Virus record (IMG/VR): IMGVR_UViG_3300028792_000005
Coordinates: 2,897 to 66,896 of that record
Origin: a virus
Lineage: Duplodnaviria > Caudoviricetes
Reading direction: 5' to 3' (one strand)
Length of the DNA stretch: 64,000 bases
Each line of letters begins with the position of its first letter. Within the stretch, counting starts at the first letter, position 1. This document shows, piece by piece, positions 31,753 to 41,045 of the stretch. The translations under genes and the position numbers were made by a program. Below the pieces are notes generated by a model. That model searched no databases. It had not been told where the DNA came from and worked only from the letters and a program-made list of their open reading frames with translations.

Positions 31753-33512
31753 GCGGCGAGGTCAAGCGGTTCTTCCAGGACTACGGCACGCTGGAAAGTG
31801 ACACCGGAGGCGTTGAGAATGCGACTCCCGGCACGATCCAGTACGTCAACGAGGCCGGTGTGCCTGAGGAGGTCGCGCAGCGCGCCTTCGCTCATGATGA
31901 TGTTGCTCAGGCGCTCGACTCCTGGTCGCGTCAGATGGGTGCACCTGCCAATGCGGCGGGTTCGCTGTTCTTCCGCAACCGCTACTCGCTGACCACCAAC
32001 GTCTACGACCAGATGATGCAGTGCGCTGATGCGGTGGAGTACGACGAGATTCTGTCGACCACTTGCGACGCCACTGAGGGCCTGGCTTTCCAGCGCATGT
32101 CGTTCGAGTGCGTCGACCAGGACCAGGAAGACGTGTGGAACCAGATCGCTGCTGATCTGGATTTGGACAGCCGTCTGCGTGAGATGTGGCGTGAACTGTT
32201 CAAGGTCAGCCAGTTCTATGTTGCGGTGGACTGGCAGGAGAAGATCTACAAGGTCCGCGACAAGGCCACGCCCATCGTGGACTTGGAGGACACCGACCCG
32301 GTGACCGCTCCCGGCGTCAATATCCCTGGCGCTGAGGACCTGCACTCAACCGGTGTGCCGAACCCTGGACCGAAGAAGCGCAAGCGCCGCAAGCAGTTCG
32401 CGCTCACCGCTCCGGCCAACCTGAGCATCCTAGACCCGACGAAGGTTCTTCCTGTTGGACAGTTGATGTTCGGGAAAGAACGCTTCGCATACATCGCTTC
32501 GAAGGAAGAGCACGACAACTTCCTAGAGATCTTTCAGGGCAACCAGCAGGACGAAACCGTCCTCAACATGTTCGATGGCCCGTACCGGGCGACCGCTCAG
32601 GAGATGTCGCACCTAACCGACGCTCACCGGGGACCGACGAACCAGGTCTACCTGTGGCTGTTCAAGAAGGATGCAGTCTTCCGTCACACACTGTCACGGG
32701 CTCAGTACGAACGGTTCGCAGCGGTGCGACTCAAGAGCATCCTGCCCTTGCTGGACATGAAGGCGCACCTGCGGGCCAGTGACCGTGCAGCCCTGATCGG
32801 TGCCACCAACTTCATCATCGTGCTCAAGCGAGGCAGCGACAAGTTCCCCGCTCGTGCTGGTGAGGTCGAGCAGTTGCGCGAGCAGGCCCGTGTTGTCGCG
32901 CGGATGCCAATCCTCGTTGGCGACCACCGGTTGTCAGTCGAGATCATCACGCCTGACACGACATCTGTGCTCGATGTGAAGCGGTACAACGCTTTGGACG
33001 AGCGTCTGATTATGCGTGGCCTCCAGACGTTCCGCCTCGGCGGGTCTCAGAACGGCAACGGTCAGACCGAGAGTTCGGTGGACGAGTTGATCGCCCGTGG
33101 CATCGAGGCTCGCCGTCACGAACTGGCGCGCACCATCGAGGAGAACGTCCTCAAGATGACCATCGAGAAGAACATCACGGCCCTCAACGAGACGCCGAAC
33201 ATGTCTTTCCACCCCAAGCGCGTGGTCATCAGCCTCAACGCCGATGTCATCAACGCCGTCATCAAGTTGCGCAACCAGGGCGACATCTCCCGCGAGACGC
33301 AGTTGGAGGAGTTCAACTACGACCAGGAGATCGAGTACATCCGCCGTAAGCGCGAGAAGGCGGTCGACCCGGTGTTCCAGTCGTCGGTGCCGTTCTCCTC
33401 ACCGGCTTCCAACCCGTTCGCCACAGGCGCTCAAGGCGGTCGTCCCACAGGTGGGGGCGGTACGGATTCCCTGAACCGCGATGCCCAGGGCTCCCCTCCG
33501 GCTCCTCAATAG
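31749..33512 (+). CDS. Portal protein, 587 aa
   Basis: Size, position between TerL and protease, portal-like helical pattern (ISRETQLEEF). Confidence 0.8.
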   Translation: MSGEVKRFFQDYGTLESDTGGVENATPGTIQYVNEAGVPEEVAQRAFAHDDVAQALDSWSRQMGAPANAAGSLFFRNRYSLTTNVYDQMMQCADAVEYDEILSTTCDATEGLAFQRMSFECVDQDQEDVWNQIAADLDLDSRLREMWRELFKVSQFYVAVDWQEKIYKVRDKATPIVDLEDTDPVTAPGVNIPGAEDLHSTGVPNPGPKKRKRRKQFALTAPANLSILDPTKVLPVGQLMFGKERFAYIASKEEHDNFLEIFQGNQQDETVLNMFDGPYRATAQEMSHLTDAHRGPTNQVYLWLFKKDAVFRHTLSRAQYERFAAVRLKSILPLLDMKAHLRASDRAALIGATNFIIVLKRGSDKFPARAGEVEQLREQARVVARMPILVGDHRLSVEIITPDTTSVLDVKRYNALDERLIMRGLQTFRLGGSQNGNGQTESSVDELIARGIEARRHELARTIEENVLKMTIEKNITALNETPNMSFHPKRVVISLNADVINAVIKLRNQGDISRETQLEEFNYDQEIEYIRRKREKAVDPVFQSSVPFSSPASNPFATGAQGGRPTGGGGTDSLNRDAQGSPPAPQ

Positions 33513-33589
33513 CGACGTTCGTCCAATCACAACAAGGCGCGCGCCGATAGGTCTTGTGTCCGAGCGGTGCGCCATTTCAGGAGGTTGTA

Positions 33590-34135
33590 GTGACTGATCA
33601 GGCTGCCGCCGACAGTCCCACGCCCGACAAGGAGATCCTTGCCGGTAGCCGTGGTGGGTCCATGTATGTCGTAAATACCGCTCCCGAGCGTCGGTCGGTC
33701 ACCAAGATCAGCGGCACTCCGGGCAACTTCAAGACGGAGGTCGTCAGCGACTTCCAGGGGATTTCGAACTTCACCGACGAAATCCGCCAGTACAGCGCTC
33801 GCCTGGCTGGCGTAAAGACCGAGGGTTCCCCCACGGAGTTCGCTGACCTGGACGACGACCCGTGGCTCCAGCAGTTGCTCATCACTGCCTGGACCCAAGT
33901 CGCGCAGTACTACAGCAACTGCGATGAGGAAGACCGCCCGGAAGCGATTCAGGTCATGAACGCACTCAGCGCCATGATCGCCGACGATGAGTCGGACGAC
34001 GCAGCGGCAGGAAACACCTTCACCTGCGAGTACTGCCAGCGCAACTTTGCGTCTGAGGGAGCGGCCCTCAACCACCTTGCGAACGTGCACGCCGCACGTG
34101 AGAAGGAAACCAAGATGAAGACGGAGCGTGACTAA
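33590..34135 (+). CDS. Head-module protein with C-terminal C2H2 zinc finger, 181 aa
   Basis: GGAGG SD + GTG; FTCEYCQRNFASEGAALNHLANVH. Confidence 0.75.
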   Translation: MTDQAAADSPTPDKEILAGSRGGSMYVVNTAPERRSVTKISGTPGNFKTEVVSDFQGISNFTDEIRQYSARLAGVKTEGSPTEFADLDDDPWLQQLLITAWTQVAQYYSNCDEEDRPEAIQVMNALSAMIADDESDDAAAGNTFTCEYCQRNFASEGAALNHLANVHAAREKETKMKTERD

Positions 34136-34137
34136 CC

Positions 34138-34365
34138 ATGAGTTCCTCGTACCAGGCTCTTTCCAACGCTGACCGCGACCGTCGCGCAGAGGTTCTTGGC
34201 GAGCAGCCGTCTTCTGCTGATCTGGCCGCTGCCAAGCCCATGACCAACCCGTTCGGTGAGAACAGCCCGAACAGCAACGACCCGCACCCGATGAAGGACG
34301 GCAAGAAGAACCCGCCCCTCAAGGACGGCAAGGCCAACCCGCCCTTCAAGCCGCACAAGGGATAA
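34138..34365 (+). CDS. Small hypothetical protein, 75 aa
   Basis: KDGK repeats; capsid-gene-like codon usage. Confidence 0.68.
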   Translation: MSSSYQALSNADRDRRAEVLGEQPSSADLAAAKPMTNPFGENSPNSNDPHPMKDGKKNPPLKDGKANPPFKPHKG

Positions 34366-34368
34366 GCA

Positions 34369-34569
34369 ATGGCTACCGCTGACAACCCGCCCGAGGGCGC
34401 GTACCCGAAGGCCAGCAACTACCCCAACCCGCTGGCCAACAACGTCAACATGCACGACATCCCGTGGCGTCCGAAGGACAACGCGGCTACGCCCAACGAC
34501 CTCACCGTGAAGCAGGACGCTCCTGTCCGCATCAACGGTGCTGGCGGCTCTGCATTCGAGCACGCGTAA
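34369..34569 (+). CDS. Small hypothetical protein, 66 aa
   Basis: Coupled in head module. Confidence 0.68.
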   Translation: MATADNPPEGAYPKASNYPNPLANNVNMHDIPWRPKDNAATPNDLTVKQDAPVRINGAGGSAFEHA

Positions 34570-34817
34570 TGCAGGCCAACGCGATTCCTTTCACTGCCAC
34601 TGGTGTCGTTGACGCCGATGCGCTGTCGGTTGTCGGCATGACCTACACCGGCTTCACCAGCGTTGTCGTCTACAACGGCTCCGACAACACGGGTGCACCT
34701 GTCCTGGTCGGCGGTGCTGCTGGTACCTACGGCTTGTCGTACGAACTGCTGTGCGACAACGGCGTCTTCATCCAGGCCACCGGCTCTGGCAAGGGCACTG
34801 TGTGGGTCGCCGGGTAA
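34569..34817 (+). CDS. Small beta-rich virion protein, 82 aa
   Basis: TAATG overlap (MQANAIPF...). Confidence 0.68.
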   Translation: MQANAIPFTATGVVDADALSVVGMTYTGFTSVVVYNGSDNTGAPVLVGGAAGTYGLSYELLCDNGVFIQATGSGKGTVWVAG

Positions 34818-35608
34818 TGGACACCCTGCTGATCGAGCGCAACAACCGCCTGTTCCTAGCGAACACGGCGCGAGTTGTGCGTGCCGCCAGCGACGTGACC
34901 GAGGATTTCGCTGCCGCTGCTGACTGGGAGTTCGACACCAAGAGCGGCTCCCCGTTCATCAAATGGATCGCTGGCGACTTCGTTGAGGCCGACAACCCGA
35001 ACCAGAACAAGCAGTTCTGGACGAAGGACGACCTGGCGATGGGCGAGTACTCGATCAAGTACGCGCCACTGAACATGCTGCACAAGCAACGTCAGCCAGT
35101 CGGCTTCTTCGCCTCAACGCGCACCATCGACCTGTCCCAGGACAAGGCGTCGACCGGTACCGCGAAAATCGAGGCGCTCTCGGGCCTGTGGTCGCACATC
35201 TTCCCGTTCGAGTCGGCGGTCGTTGACCAGGCCGACGAGGCGGGTTCGTTGTTCTACAGCATGGAGGTGCGCGGTACCCACGTGCACTGTGCTGGTGAGA
35301 ACGGCTGCGACAAGCAGTTCGAGTACATGAAGCCTGAGGACCACTGCTCCCACATCAAGGAGCGCACCTCTATTCGTCACATCGTCAACCCCACGTTCCG
35401 TGGCGGTGCGTTGATCATCCCTCCGGTCAAGCCGGGTTGGGCCAGCGCCCACGCGAACGTCTATGAGCAGGCCATCCGCGATGAAGCCAGTCGATATGCC
35501 GAACTCACTGAGGTCGCATACCGGCAGGTAACAGACGGTGGTTCTGAGGTGTCCCCAGCCGCTTGGGAGCACCTAATGGCGACCGTGATCTCCATGTCAG
35601 ACCGTTGA
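34817..35608 (+). CDS. Capsid maturation protease (putative), 263 aa
   Basis: N.NKQFW..DDL, PLNMLH..PVG, SMEV; position before scaffold and capsid. Confidence 0.72.
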   Translation: MDTLLIERNNRLFLANTARVVRAASDVTEDFAAAADWEFDTKSGSPFIKWIAGDFVEADNPNQNKQFWTKDDLAMGEYSIKYAPLNMLHKQRQPVGFFASTRTIDLSQDKASTGTAKIEALSGLWSHIFPFESAVVDQADEAGSLFYSMEVRGTHVHCAGENGCDKQFEYMKPEDHCSHIKERTSIRHIVNPTFRGGALIIPPVKPGWASAHANVYEQAIRDEASRYAELTEVAYRQVTDGGSEVSPAAWEHLMATVISMSDR

Positions 35609-35657
35609 TTTCAAACTGACGCGTGTCTGGATCGAAGCATCACGTCGAGGAGGTGCA

Positions 35658-36713
35658 GTGAGCGAGTCTTTGTTGGACATCCATGATGGTCTGCTTTTGT
35701 CGCAGCCGGACGGTGCCCGTCATGACGCATCTCTGTGCCCTTTCTGTACGGACTGGGCAGTGAGTGAGTCTGGAACACCCTCCGGTTTCGACCGTCTGGA
35801 TCTCGCTGACAAGTCCGAGCCGTACGGCCCGGTGGAATACGCAGACCCTGGTCTTCAAGAAGACAAGATCAAGCGTTATCCCATCGACACCGAGTCACAT
35901 GCGCTCGCTGCCTGGAAGTACATCCACCAGGCATCGAACGCGAAAATGTACTCGGACGACCAACTCGCAGAGATCCGTACGCGGATTACTGCTGCCTTGG
36001 AGAAGCACAAGAACGAGGCAGAGACCGAGGAAGTCGAAAAGACGAAGCAACTAGCCGAAGCAAAGAACGCAGGGAAGCCTGCGCCCGGTGCTCCGGCGAA
36101 GAAGCCTTCGTCATCCACCACTAAAAAGACCGACGCTGCATCGGAAGGAGGGACAACAAAGCACATGGACGACACTCAGGAGACCATCTCCAAGGAGACC
36201 CACGAGGCCCTGCTCGACAAGGCCGTGCGCGACGCCACGGCGACGCTCACCGCTGAGCGGGACAACCTCAAGGCGCAGGTCGACACACTGACAACTGAGA
36301 AGGCTTCGCTCGCCGAGGACTTCGCTGCTGTCAAGACCGAGAACGAGCGTCTCAACGGCGACCTGGACACCGCACAGGTGTCGCTCAAGGCTGCTACCGA
36401 CGAGGCTGCTGCGCTCAAGGCAGATATGGCTGCCAAGGACGCAGAGGCCGAGAAGGCGCAGATCGCCTCCGACCGTGCGGCTCAGGTTCGTAACCTCGGG
36501 CTGTTCCCGGAGGAGTACATCAACGACAAGGCCAGCAAGTGGGCCGACGTTGATGAAGCAGCCTGGACGGACCGCCTCGACGAGTGGAAGGCCCTCAAGG
36601 GCACTTCCACCAGCACAGCAACCACTGACACCGCGTCCGCGATGTCTGGAACCCGCGAGGGTGGAACGGGTCACGAGCCTTCGGCTCGCCGCGCCATCCT
36701 CGGCCTCGCATAG
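35658..36713 (+). CDS. Scaffolding protein with DUF6582-like domain, 351 aa
   Basis: YGPVEYADPG..KRYPIDT..H..AAW.YI.Q..NA..YS then a long Ala/Glu/Lys coiled coil. Confidence 0.75.
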   Translation: MSESLLDIHDGLLLSQPDGARHDASLCPFCTDWAVSESGTPSGFDRLDLADKSEPYGPVEYADPGLQEDKIKRYPIDTESHALAAWKYIHQASNAKMYSDDQLAEIRTRITAALEKHKNEAETEEVEKTKQLAEAKNAGKPAPGAPAKKPSSSTTKKTDAASEGGTTKHMDDTQETISKETHEALLDKAVRDATATLTAERDNLKAQVDTLTTEKASLAEDFAAVKTENERLNGDLDTAQVSLKAATDEAAALKADMAAKDAEAEKAQIASDRAAQVRNLGLFPEEYINDKASKWADVDEAAWTDRLDEWKALKGTSTSTATTDTASAMSGTREGGTGHEPSARRAILGLA

Positions 36714-36732
36714 GAAGGAGGTGTAAGTCAGT

Positions 36733-37242
36733 ATGTCCTACACGCGTAACTTCGGATTCCGTTCCTTCGAGAACATCGTTCGTGACGGTCGGAACAAGGT
36801 GCCCGCTACGGGATCGCCTTACCTGATCGGCACTGCTGTTCAGGTTGGTGCGGGCAACGTCCTCGTTCGTCCGACTGCGGCCTCCGCTCCGACTGCTCTG
36901 AGCGGCATCGTGGTCTACGAGCACATTCAGTTCCAGGGAGTGGACCCGTTCCTGACCTCTCCCCAGGACTTCCCGTTCACCGTTGTCCCTCTGGCGCGCT
37001 TTGCTCAGATGGTCCACGGCGTGGGAGTGAAGGTCTACTTCAAGAACACCGCCGACAAGCCGCTCTACGACGGTCGCGTCCAGCCGGGGGCAACCCTCGT
37101 CGCTGGCACGCCGGTCGTAGGCGACTACCTCACGCCTGCCTCCAACGGCACGTGGGCGATTGGCGATGCAACCAACGGCTGGCTCCAGGTGGAGCACGCT
37201 GTCCCGTCGACTGGCCTCTTCGAGGCCCGTCTCACCTTCTAG
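36733..37242 (+). CDS. Capsid decoration/cement protein (putative)
   Basis: 169 aa beta-rich, directly before the major capsid gene, strong SD. Confidence 0.65.
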   Translation: MSYTRNFGFRSFENIVRDGRNKVPATGSPYLIGTAVQVGAGNVLVRPTAASAPTALSGIVVYEHIQFQGVDPFLTSPQDFPFTVVPLARFAQMVHGVGVKVYFKNTADKPLYDGRVQPGATLVAGTPVVGDYLTPASNGTWAIGDATNGWLQVEHAVPSTGLFEARLTF

Positions 37243-37261
37243 AAGGGGGGTGGATTAGCAA

Positions 37262-38200
37262 ATGTCTGACATCACTAAGCAGTTGGTCGACGCGTTCGGT
37301 CGTTCGGCTGAGGACAAGCGCGTAAAGCGTGAACTCACCGACCGTGCGAACGAGGAGGCACGCCAGTACTGGGGCGACCCGAAGTGGCGCGCTGACTTCG
37401 CCGCCGAGATGACTGAATCCATCCTCCTGGGTTTCGAGTACGAGACCCTGGTCGACCGGTGGATCGAGACGGAGACGACCGACTTCAACGGTCGCATCTT
37501 CGTCCGTGAGGCTGGCGGTCTCAAGGCGTTCTACATGGCTCGCGGTGGCTACATCGAGGCGTCTTCGCTCACGAGCGAGGTGTCCGAGGTTCCGCGCGAC
37601 ATGGTTGGTGTTCACGTCTGGGAGTTCGAGGACAAGTTCACCAACAACTTCGCCGAGAGCGCGCAGACTCTGCGTGACCTCGCCATCCAGCGTATGGACG
37701 CGGAGATCAACCGCCGCATCCACACGGTTCTTGAGCAGGCCATTCCGGTCGGCTCGCCGTACTACGTGGCAACTCCGGGTCTGTCGAAGGCAGCCCTGGA
37801 CAACGCCATCCGTCAGGTCCAGGACGCCACCCGCACGGGTGAGGTCGTGATCGTCGGTCGTCCGAGCATGGTCGACCAGATCGTGGACTTCGAGGGATAC
37901 GGTCCGGAGACTCTTGAGGAGATCCGCCAGAAGGGTGTCCTCGGTACCTACCGTGGATGCACCATCGTGCGCCTCAAGAACTACAAGGACGAGGACGGTA
38001 CCCCGTACCTCCCCGGCAACGAGATGTGGGTCATGGCCCGCGACACCGGAAAGTTCGCTTTCTTCGGTGGTCTCAAGTCGAAGGAGTTCGAGGACCTGGA
38101 CACCGGGTACTGGCACTACATCGCTCGCCGGGACACGGGTCTGCTGATCCACCACCCGGAGCGTGCGCGCCTGCTGGTTGACAGCAACCAGCCTGCCTAG
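37262..38200 (+). CDS. Major capsid protein (HK97 fold), 312 aa
   Basis: Position, strongly biased codons, G.L..YRG..IV.L motif, terminator follows. Confidence 0.85.
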   Translation: MSDITKQLVDAFGRSAEDKRVKRELTDRANEEARQYWGDPKWRADFAAEMTESILLGFEYETLVDRWIETETTDFNGRIFVREAGGLKAFYMARGGYIEASSLTSEVSEVPRDMVGVHVWEFEDKFTNNFAESAQTLRDLAIQRMDAEINRRIHTVLEQAIPVGSPYYVATPGLSKAALDNAIRQVQDATRTGEVVIVGRPSMVDQIVDFEGYGPETLEEIRQKGVLGTYRGCTIVRLKNYKDEDGTPYLPGNEMWVMARDTGKFAFFGGLKSKEFEDLDTGYWHYIARRDTGLLIHHPERARLLVDSNQPA

Positions 38201-38211
38201 TTCTCCCGCTT

Positions 38212-38252
38212 CGACGAAGCCCCGGTTCCTTTGTGGAGCCGGGGCTTCGTCG
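38212..38252 (+). terminator. Terminator after capsid gene
   Basis: 18-bp stem CGACGAAGCCCCGGTTCC / GGAGCCGGGGCTTCGTCG. Confidence 0.82.
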
Positions 38253-38268
38253 TTGTCGATGTGTAGGT

Positions 38269-38487
38269 ATGGAATCGGAAGCCACGAAGATCACGAATGA
38301 GATCAACAGCGCCATCGCAGCCCGAGATGTGCTGAACAAGTCGCTCACCACTCTGCTGGAGCAGCGCGATGCCTTGGGCTACACGGACAAGATCCGCGTC
38401 TTGCAGGACAAGGAAGCCATTCTGGCAGCCGTCCAGACCCTGCTTGACGAGAAAACCTCAGTCGCTCTCATCGTGGTCGAGGACTAA
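38269..38487 (+). CDS. Small helical protein, 72 aa
   Basis: ATG 38269. Confidence 0.55.
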   Translation: MESEATKITNEINSAIAARDVLNKSLTTLLEQRDALGYTDKIRVLQDKEAILAAVQTLLDEKTSVALIVVED

Positions 38488-38714
38488 GCGTCCTTCCCGA
38501 ACACGTCGTCACGGGCGTCACGCAGTGCGCGGATCAGGTCGTTCACGTGGCGACGCTCCGTGAAGTCCATCCACGTTGCACCGTCCCCGTGAATGAACTC
38601 CTCCTCGGGCATCCCTTCGGTGAACGGAGCGACCACCGCTTGCATGTGACTGTCCTTCACCCAGGTAATGCGGACGCCTGTCCCGTTCTTCGGGCCGATG
38701 TTCTTGTACGGCAT
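38484..38714 (-). CDS. Reverse-strand phage protein, 76 aa
   Basis: AAGGAGG SD + ATG 38714; FTERRHVNDLIRALRDARDDVFGKDA. Confidence 0.72.
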   Translation of the reverse strand: MPYKNIGPKNGTGVRITWVKDSHMQAVVAPFTEGMPEEEFIHGDGATWMDFTERRHVNDLIRALRDARDDVFGKDA

Positions 38715-38794
38715 GTGACCTCCTTGGTCGAAGCCCACCATGGGCTGCAAACAGAGTGCCGTGAATCTGAACACCCGTCTGTCCGACACTCCGT

Positions 38795-39403
38795 ATGGAA
38801 CTGGAATCGGCTCTGGAGGAATGGATGACTGTCATGGATTTGGGTGTCACTGGTTCGGTCACCGAGGCTGAGAAGCGCTTCGTTGAGGAGTGGGAGTCGG
38901 TTTCCGACGCCCAGAACTACGTGATCCGCGAGGACCGTCGCGGCGACGAGCAGTTTGTGCACGTCTCGGGTCACCAAAAGTTCAAGATCACGACCTACGA
39001 GCGGATCCTCACGCAGGATCGGATCCGCGACAAGCAGTTCGACCCGTTCGTGAACGGTCAGTTCCGCCCGATCATGGTGCCCGAGAGCATCTCGGTGCAG
39101 ACCAACCCGAACGCTCTATCCGACGAGGACATCAAGCGCATCTTCGTTGCCAGCGAGGTGGCCTGGGACGAGTACATGTCGGTCATCGACTCGGCTAGCA
39201 CGCTGCGTCGCATGATCGAACTGGCTGAGGACACCGACCTGTCGCTCAAGCGTTTCCGTGAGTTGGAGAGCCGCGAGCAGGCTGCGAACCCCATGAAGCG
39301 GGTCACGCAGAAGGACCAGGAGCAGTTCGACAAGATGGGTCCGGTCGGTGGTGGGACTACCGGTGCCACGCCGCCTGGACCGCGCCAGATGCGTCGCGCC
39401 TAG
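38795..39403 (+). CDS. Virion assembly hypothetical protein, 202 aa
   Basis: Position after capsid gene. Confidence 0.7.
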   Translation: MELESALEEWMTVMDLGVTGSVTEAEKRFVEEWESVSDAQNYVIREDRRGDEQFVHVSGHQKFKITTYERILTQDRIRDKQFDPFVNGQFRPIMVPESISVQTNPNALSDEDIKRIFVASEVAWDEYMSVIDSASTLRRMIELAEDTDLSLKRFRELESREQAANPMKRVTQKDQEQFDKMGPVGGGTTGATPPGPRQMRRA

Positions 39404-39573
39404 TGCCAACTCCGGAACCGATCAGCATCGCTATTGCTGCCGAGAAAGCAGTAGCGGTTACCGAGTCTGTTCTGGTTCCGAATATTCAGACGACCGTCCT
39501 TGAACAGGCTGTCGTGAAGGCCGATGTCCTGGTCGGAAACACACTCCAGATCGGTGAGGTCGAAGTCATCTAA
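39403..39573 (+). CDS. Small hypothetical protein, 56 aa
   Basis: TAGTG and TAATG overlaps; MPTPEPISIAIAAEK... Confidence 0.58.
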   Translation: MPTPEPISIAIAAEKAVAVTESVLVPNIQTTVLEQAVVKADVLVGNTLQIGEVEVI

Positions 39574-39875
39574 TGACGCTGTACGTGGGCGATGCGCTCC
39601 GGATCGTGGTCTCGGCCACCGATCCGGAGACAAGCCTGCCTCTCGATCCTGCACCGACAGGAGCGCATGTCGATTTCTGGGCACCCGGCAGGGATCGCAA
39701 GACCCAATCGCCGACGACATCGAACGTGGCAATGACCTACCGCACTGCCACGAGCGACTTCGTTCTTTTCCAGGACACGACTGGCTTTGCTCCAGGGAAG
39801 TGGACGTTCCGCGTCACCGTCACCGGGAGTACGTACTCGAACTTCGAGTACTCCACTTTCAAGTTGAGCGTCTGA
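39573..39875 (+). CDS. Ig/BppU-N-like virion protein, 100 aa
   Basis: VGDALRIVV..D...LD...G.W..RVTV. Confidence 0.65.
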   Translation: MTLYVGDALRIVVSATDPETSLPLDPAPTGAHVDFWAPGRDRKTQSPTTSNVAMTYRTATSDFVLFQDTTGFAPGKWTFRVTVTGSTYSNFEYSTFKLSV

Positions 39876-39885
39876 GGAGCATTCG

Positions 39886-40320
39886 ATGGCTGGATCTAAG
39901 AGCGACTACCTGGAGCGGACCGTCCTCGACACCTTCATTGGTGGACAGGCGTATTCGGCTCCGGCGAACCTGTACATCGCATTGTTCACCACCGGCACTG
40001 TCGGCGAGGGCAGCACAGGTGCGGTGCCGAGCGCTGTGGAGGTCACTGGTGGTGCATACGCCCGTGCCACGGTGGCGAACAACCTGACGCAGTGGCCTGC
40101 TGCTGCGCCGTCTGCTGGTCAGACGCTCAAGAGCAATGCGAACACGATCTCGTTCGCCACTGCCACGGCTGACTGGGGAACGATCACCCAGTGGGCGATC
40201 ATCGACGCCGCCACGAACGGCAACATCCTCTACTACGGCACCTTCGACGTAGCCAAGACGATCCTCACCGGTGACACAGCGACGCTGCCTCCCGGCGCTC
40301 TCAAGATCTACGAGGACTAA
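39886..40320 (+). CDS. Virion (tail/neck fibre-associated) protein, 144 aa
   Basis: SDYLE..LD, LYIALFT, EV.GG.YAR, F..AT..WGTIT..AI.DA.T.GN.L. Confidence 0.8.
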   Translation: MAGSKSDYLERTVLDTFIGGQAYSAPANLYIALFTTGTVGEGSTGAVPSAVEVTGGAYARATVANNLTQWPAAAPSAGQTLKSNANTISFATATADWGTITQWAIIDAATNGNILYYGTFDVAKTILTGDTATLPPGALKIYED

Positions 40321-40322
40321 TC

Positions 40323-40667
40323 ATGGCCGCTCTCGATGAAGCCAATGAGGACGAGTTCATCCTCCTCATGGGCAATAAGCACTCCGCGACGGCAGATCGT
40401 GACGAGAACGATGTCGTCACCATCTCCTATCAGGAGGCCCCTCAGGAACTGGTGAACTTCACCCGTTTGCCCCGTTCTTGGTCGCTGCTCCAGTGTTTCC
40501 AGACAATCACCTTGAATGGCGGCGTCTACGACGCTCATTTCACTGAGGCACCGACCTGGGTCGAGTGCCCGGAGAAGCCGATGCTCGCCGAGATGCTGGC
40601 AGAGCACTTCGGCTGTGTTGTCGGGAAGCCTGCCGACACCATCGAGGAGACGCCCGATGCGAACTAA
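40323..40667 (+). CDS. Hypothetical protein, 114 aa
   Basis: Coupled in structural operon. Confidence 0.65.
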   Translation: MAALDEANEDEFILLMGNKHSATADRDENDVVTISYQEAPQELVNFTRLPRSWSLLQCFQTITLNGGVYDAHFTEAPTWVECPEKPMLAEMLAEHFGCVVGKPADTIEETPDAN

Positions 40668-41037
40668 CGCTGGCACGTCGTTCCAGGCCAACCAGATGAG
40701 CGGCACGGTCGCTGCGGTTGCTAAGTACATCGCGTTGACGACGAACGCGACTGCTCCTGCTGCTACCGACACCACGCTGACCAGCGAGTTGGCTGCGGCT
40801 TCTGGTGGCCTCGTGCGGGCTGTTGCTGCCTTCTCCTACACGGGCACCAACTCGTTCTACACGCTGACCAACACGTTCACGGCCAACGTCAACGACGGCT
40901 CTACAAACACGATCAACAAGATCGGTGTCTTCAACGCTGCTTCTGCCGGAACGCTGGTCTTCGAGACTGCCGTGCCCAACCCGCCGACCCTGGTGCCTGG
41001 CGACTCGGTTGCCATCACTGAGACGGTCAACATCTAG
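40657..41037 (+). CDS. Virion protein, 126 aa
   Basis: GAGGAG SD + ATG 40657; YIALT...DTTL.SE, IGVFNAASAGTL. Confidence 0.78.
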   Translation: MRTNAGTSFQANQMSGTVAAVAKYIALTTNATAPAATDTTLTSELAAASGGLVRAVAAFSYTGTNSFYTLTNTFTANVNDGSTNTINKIGVFNAASAGTLVFETAVPNPPTLVPGDSVAITETVNI

Positions 41038-41045
41038 GAGGCGCT

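Noticed and set aside
40636-40667. TIEE at the end of 40323..40667 as another member of the C-terminal tag family
   Set aside because: It lacks the hydrophobic triplet and GAGGAG is simply the SD of the next gene. This shows that IEE alone is not diagnostic.
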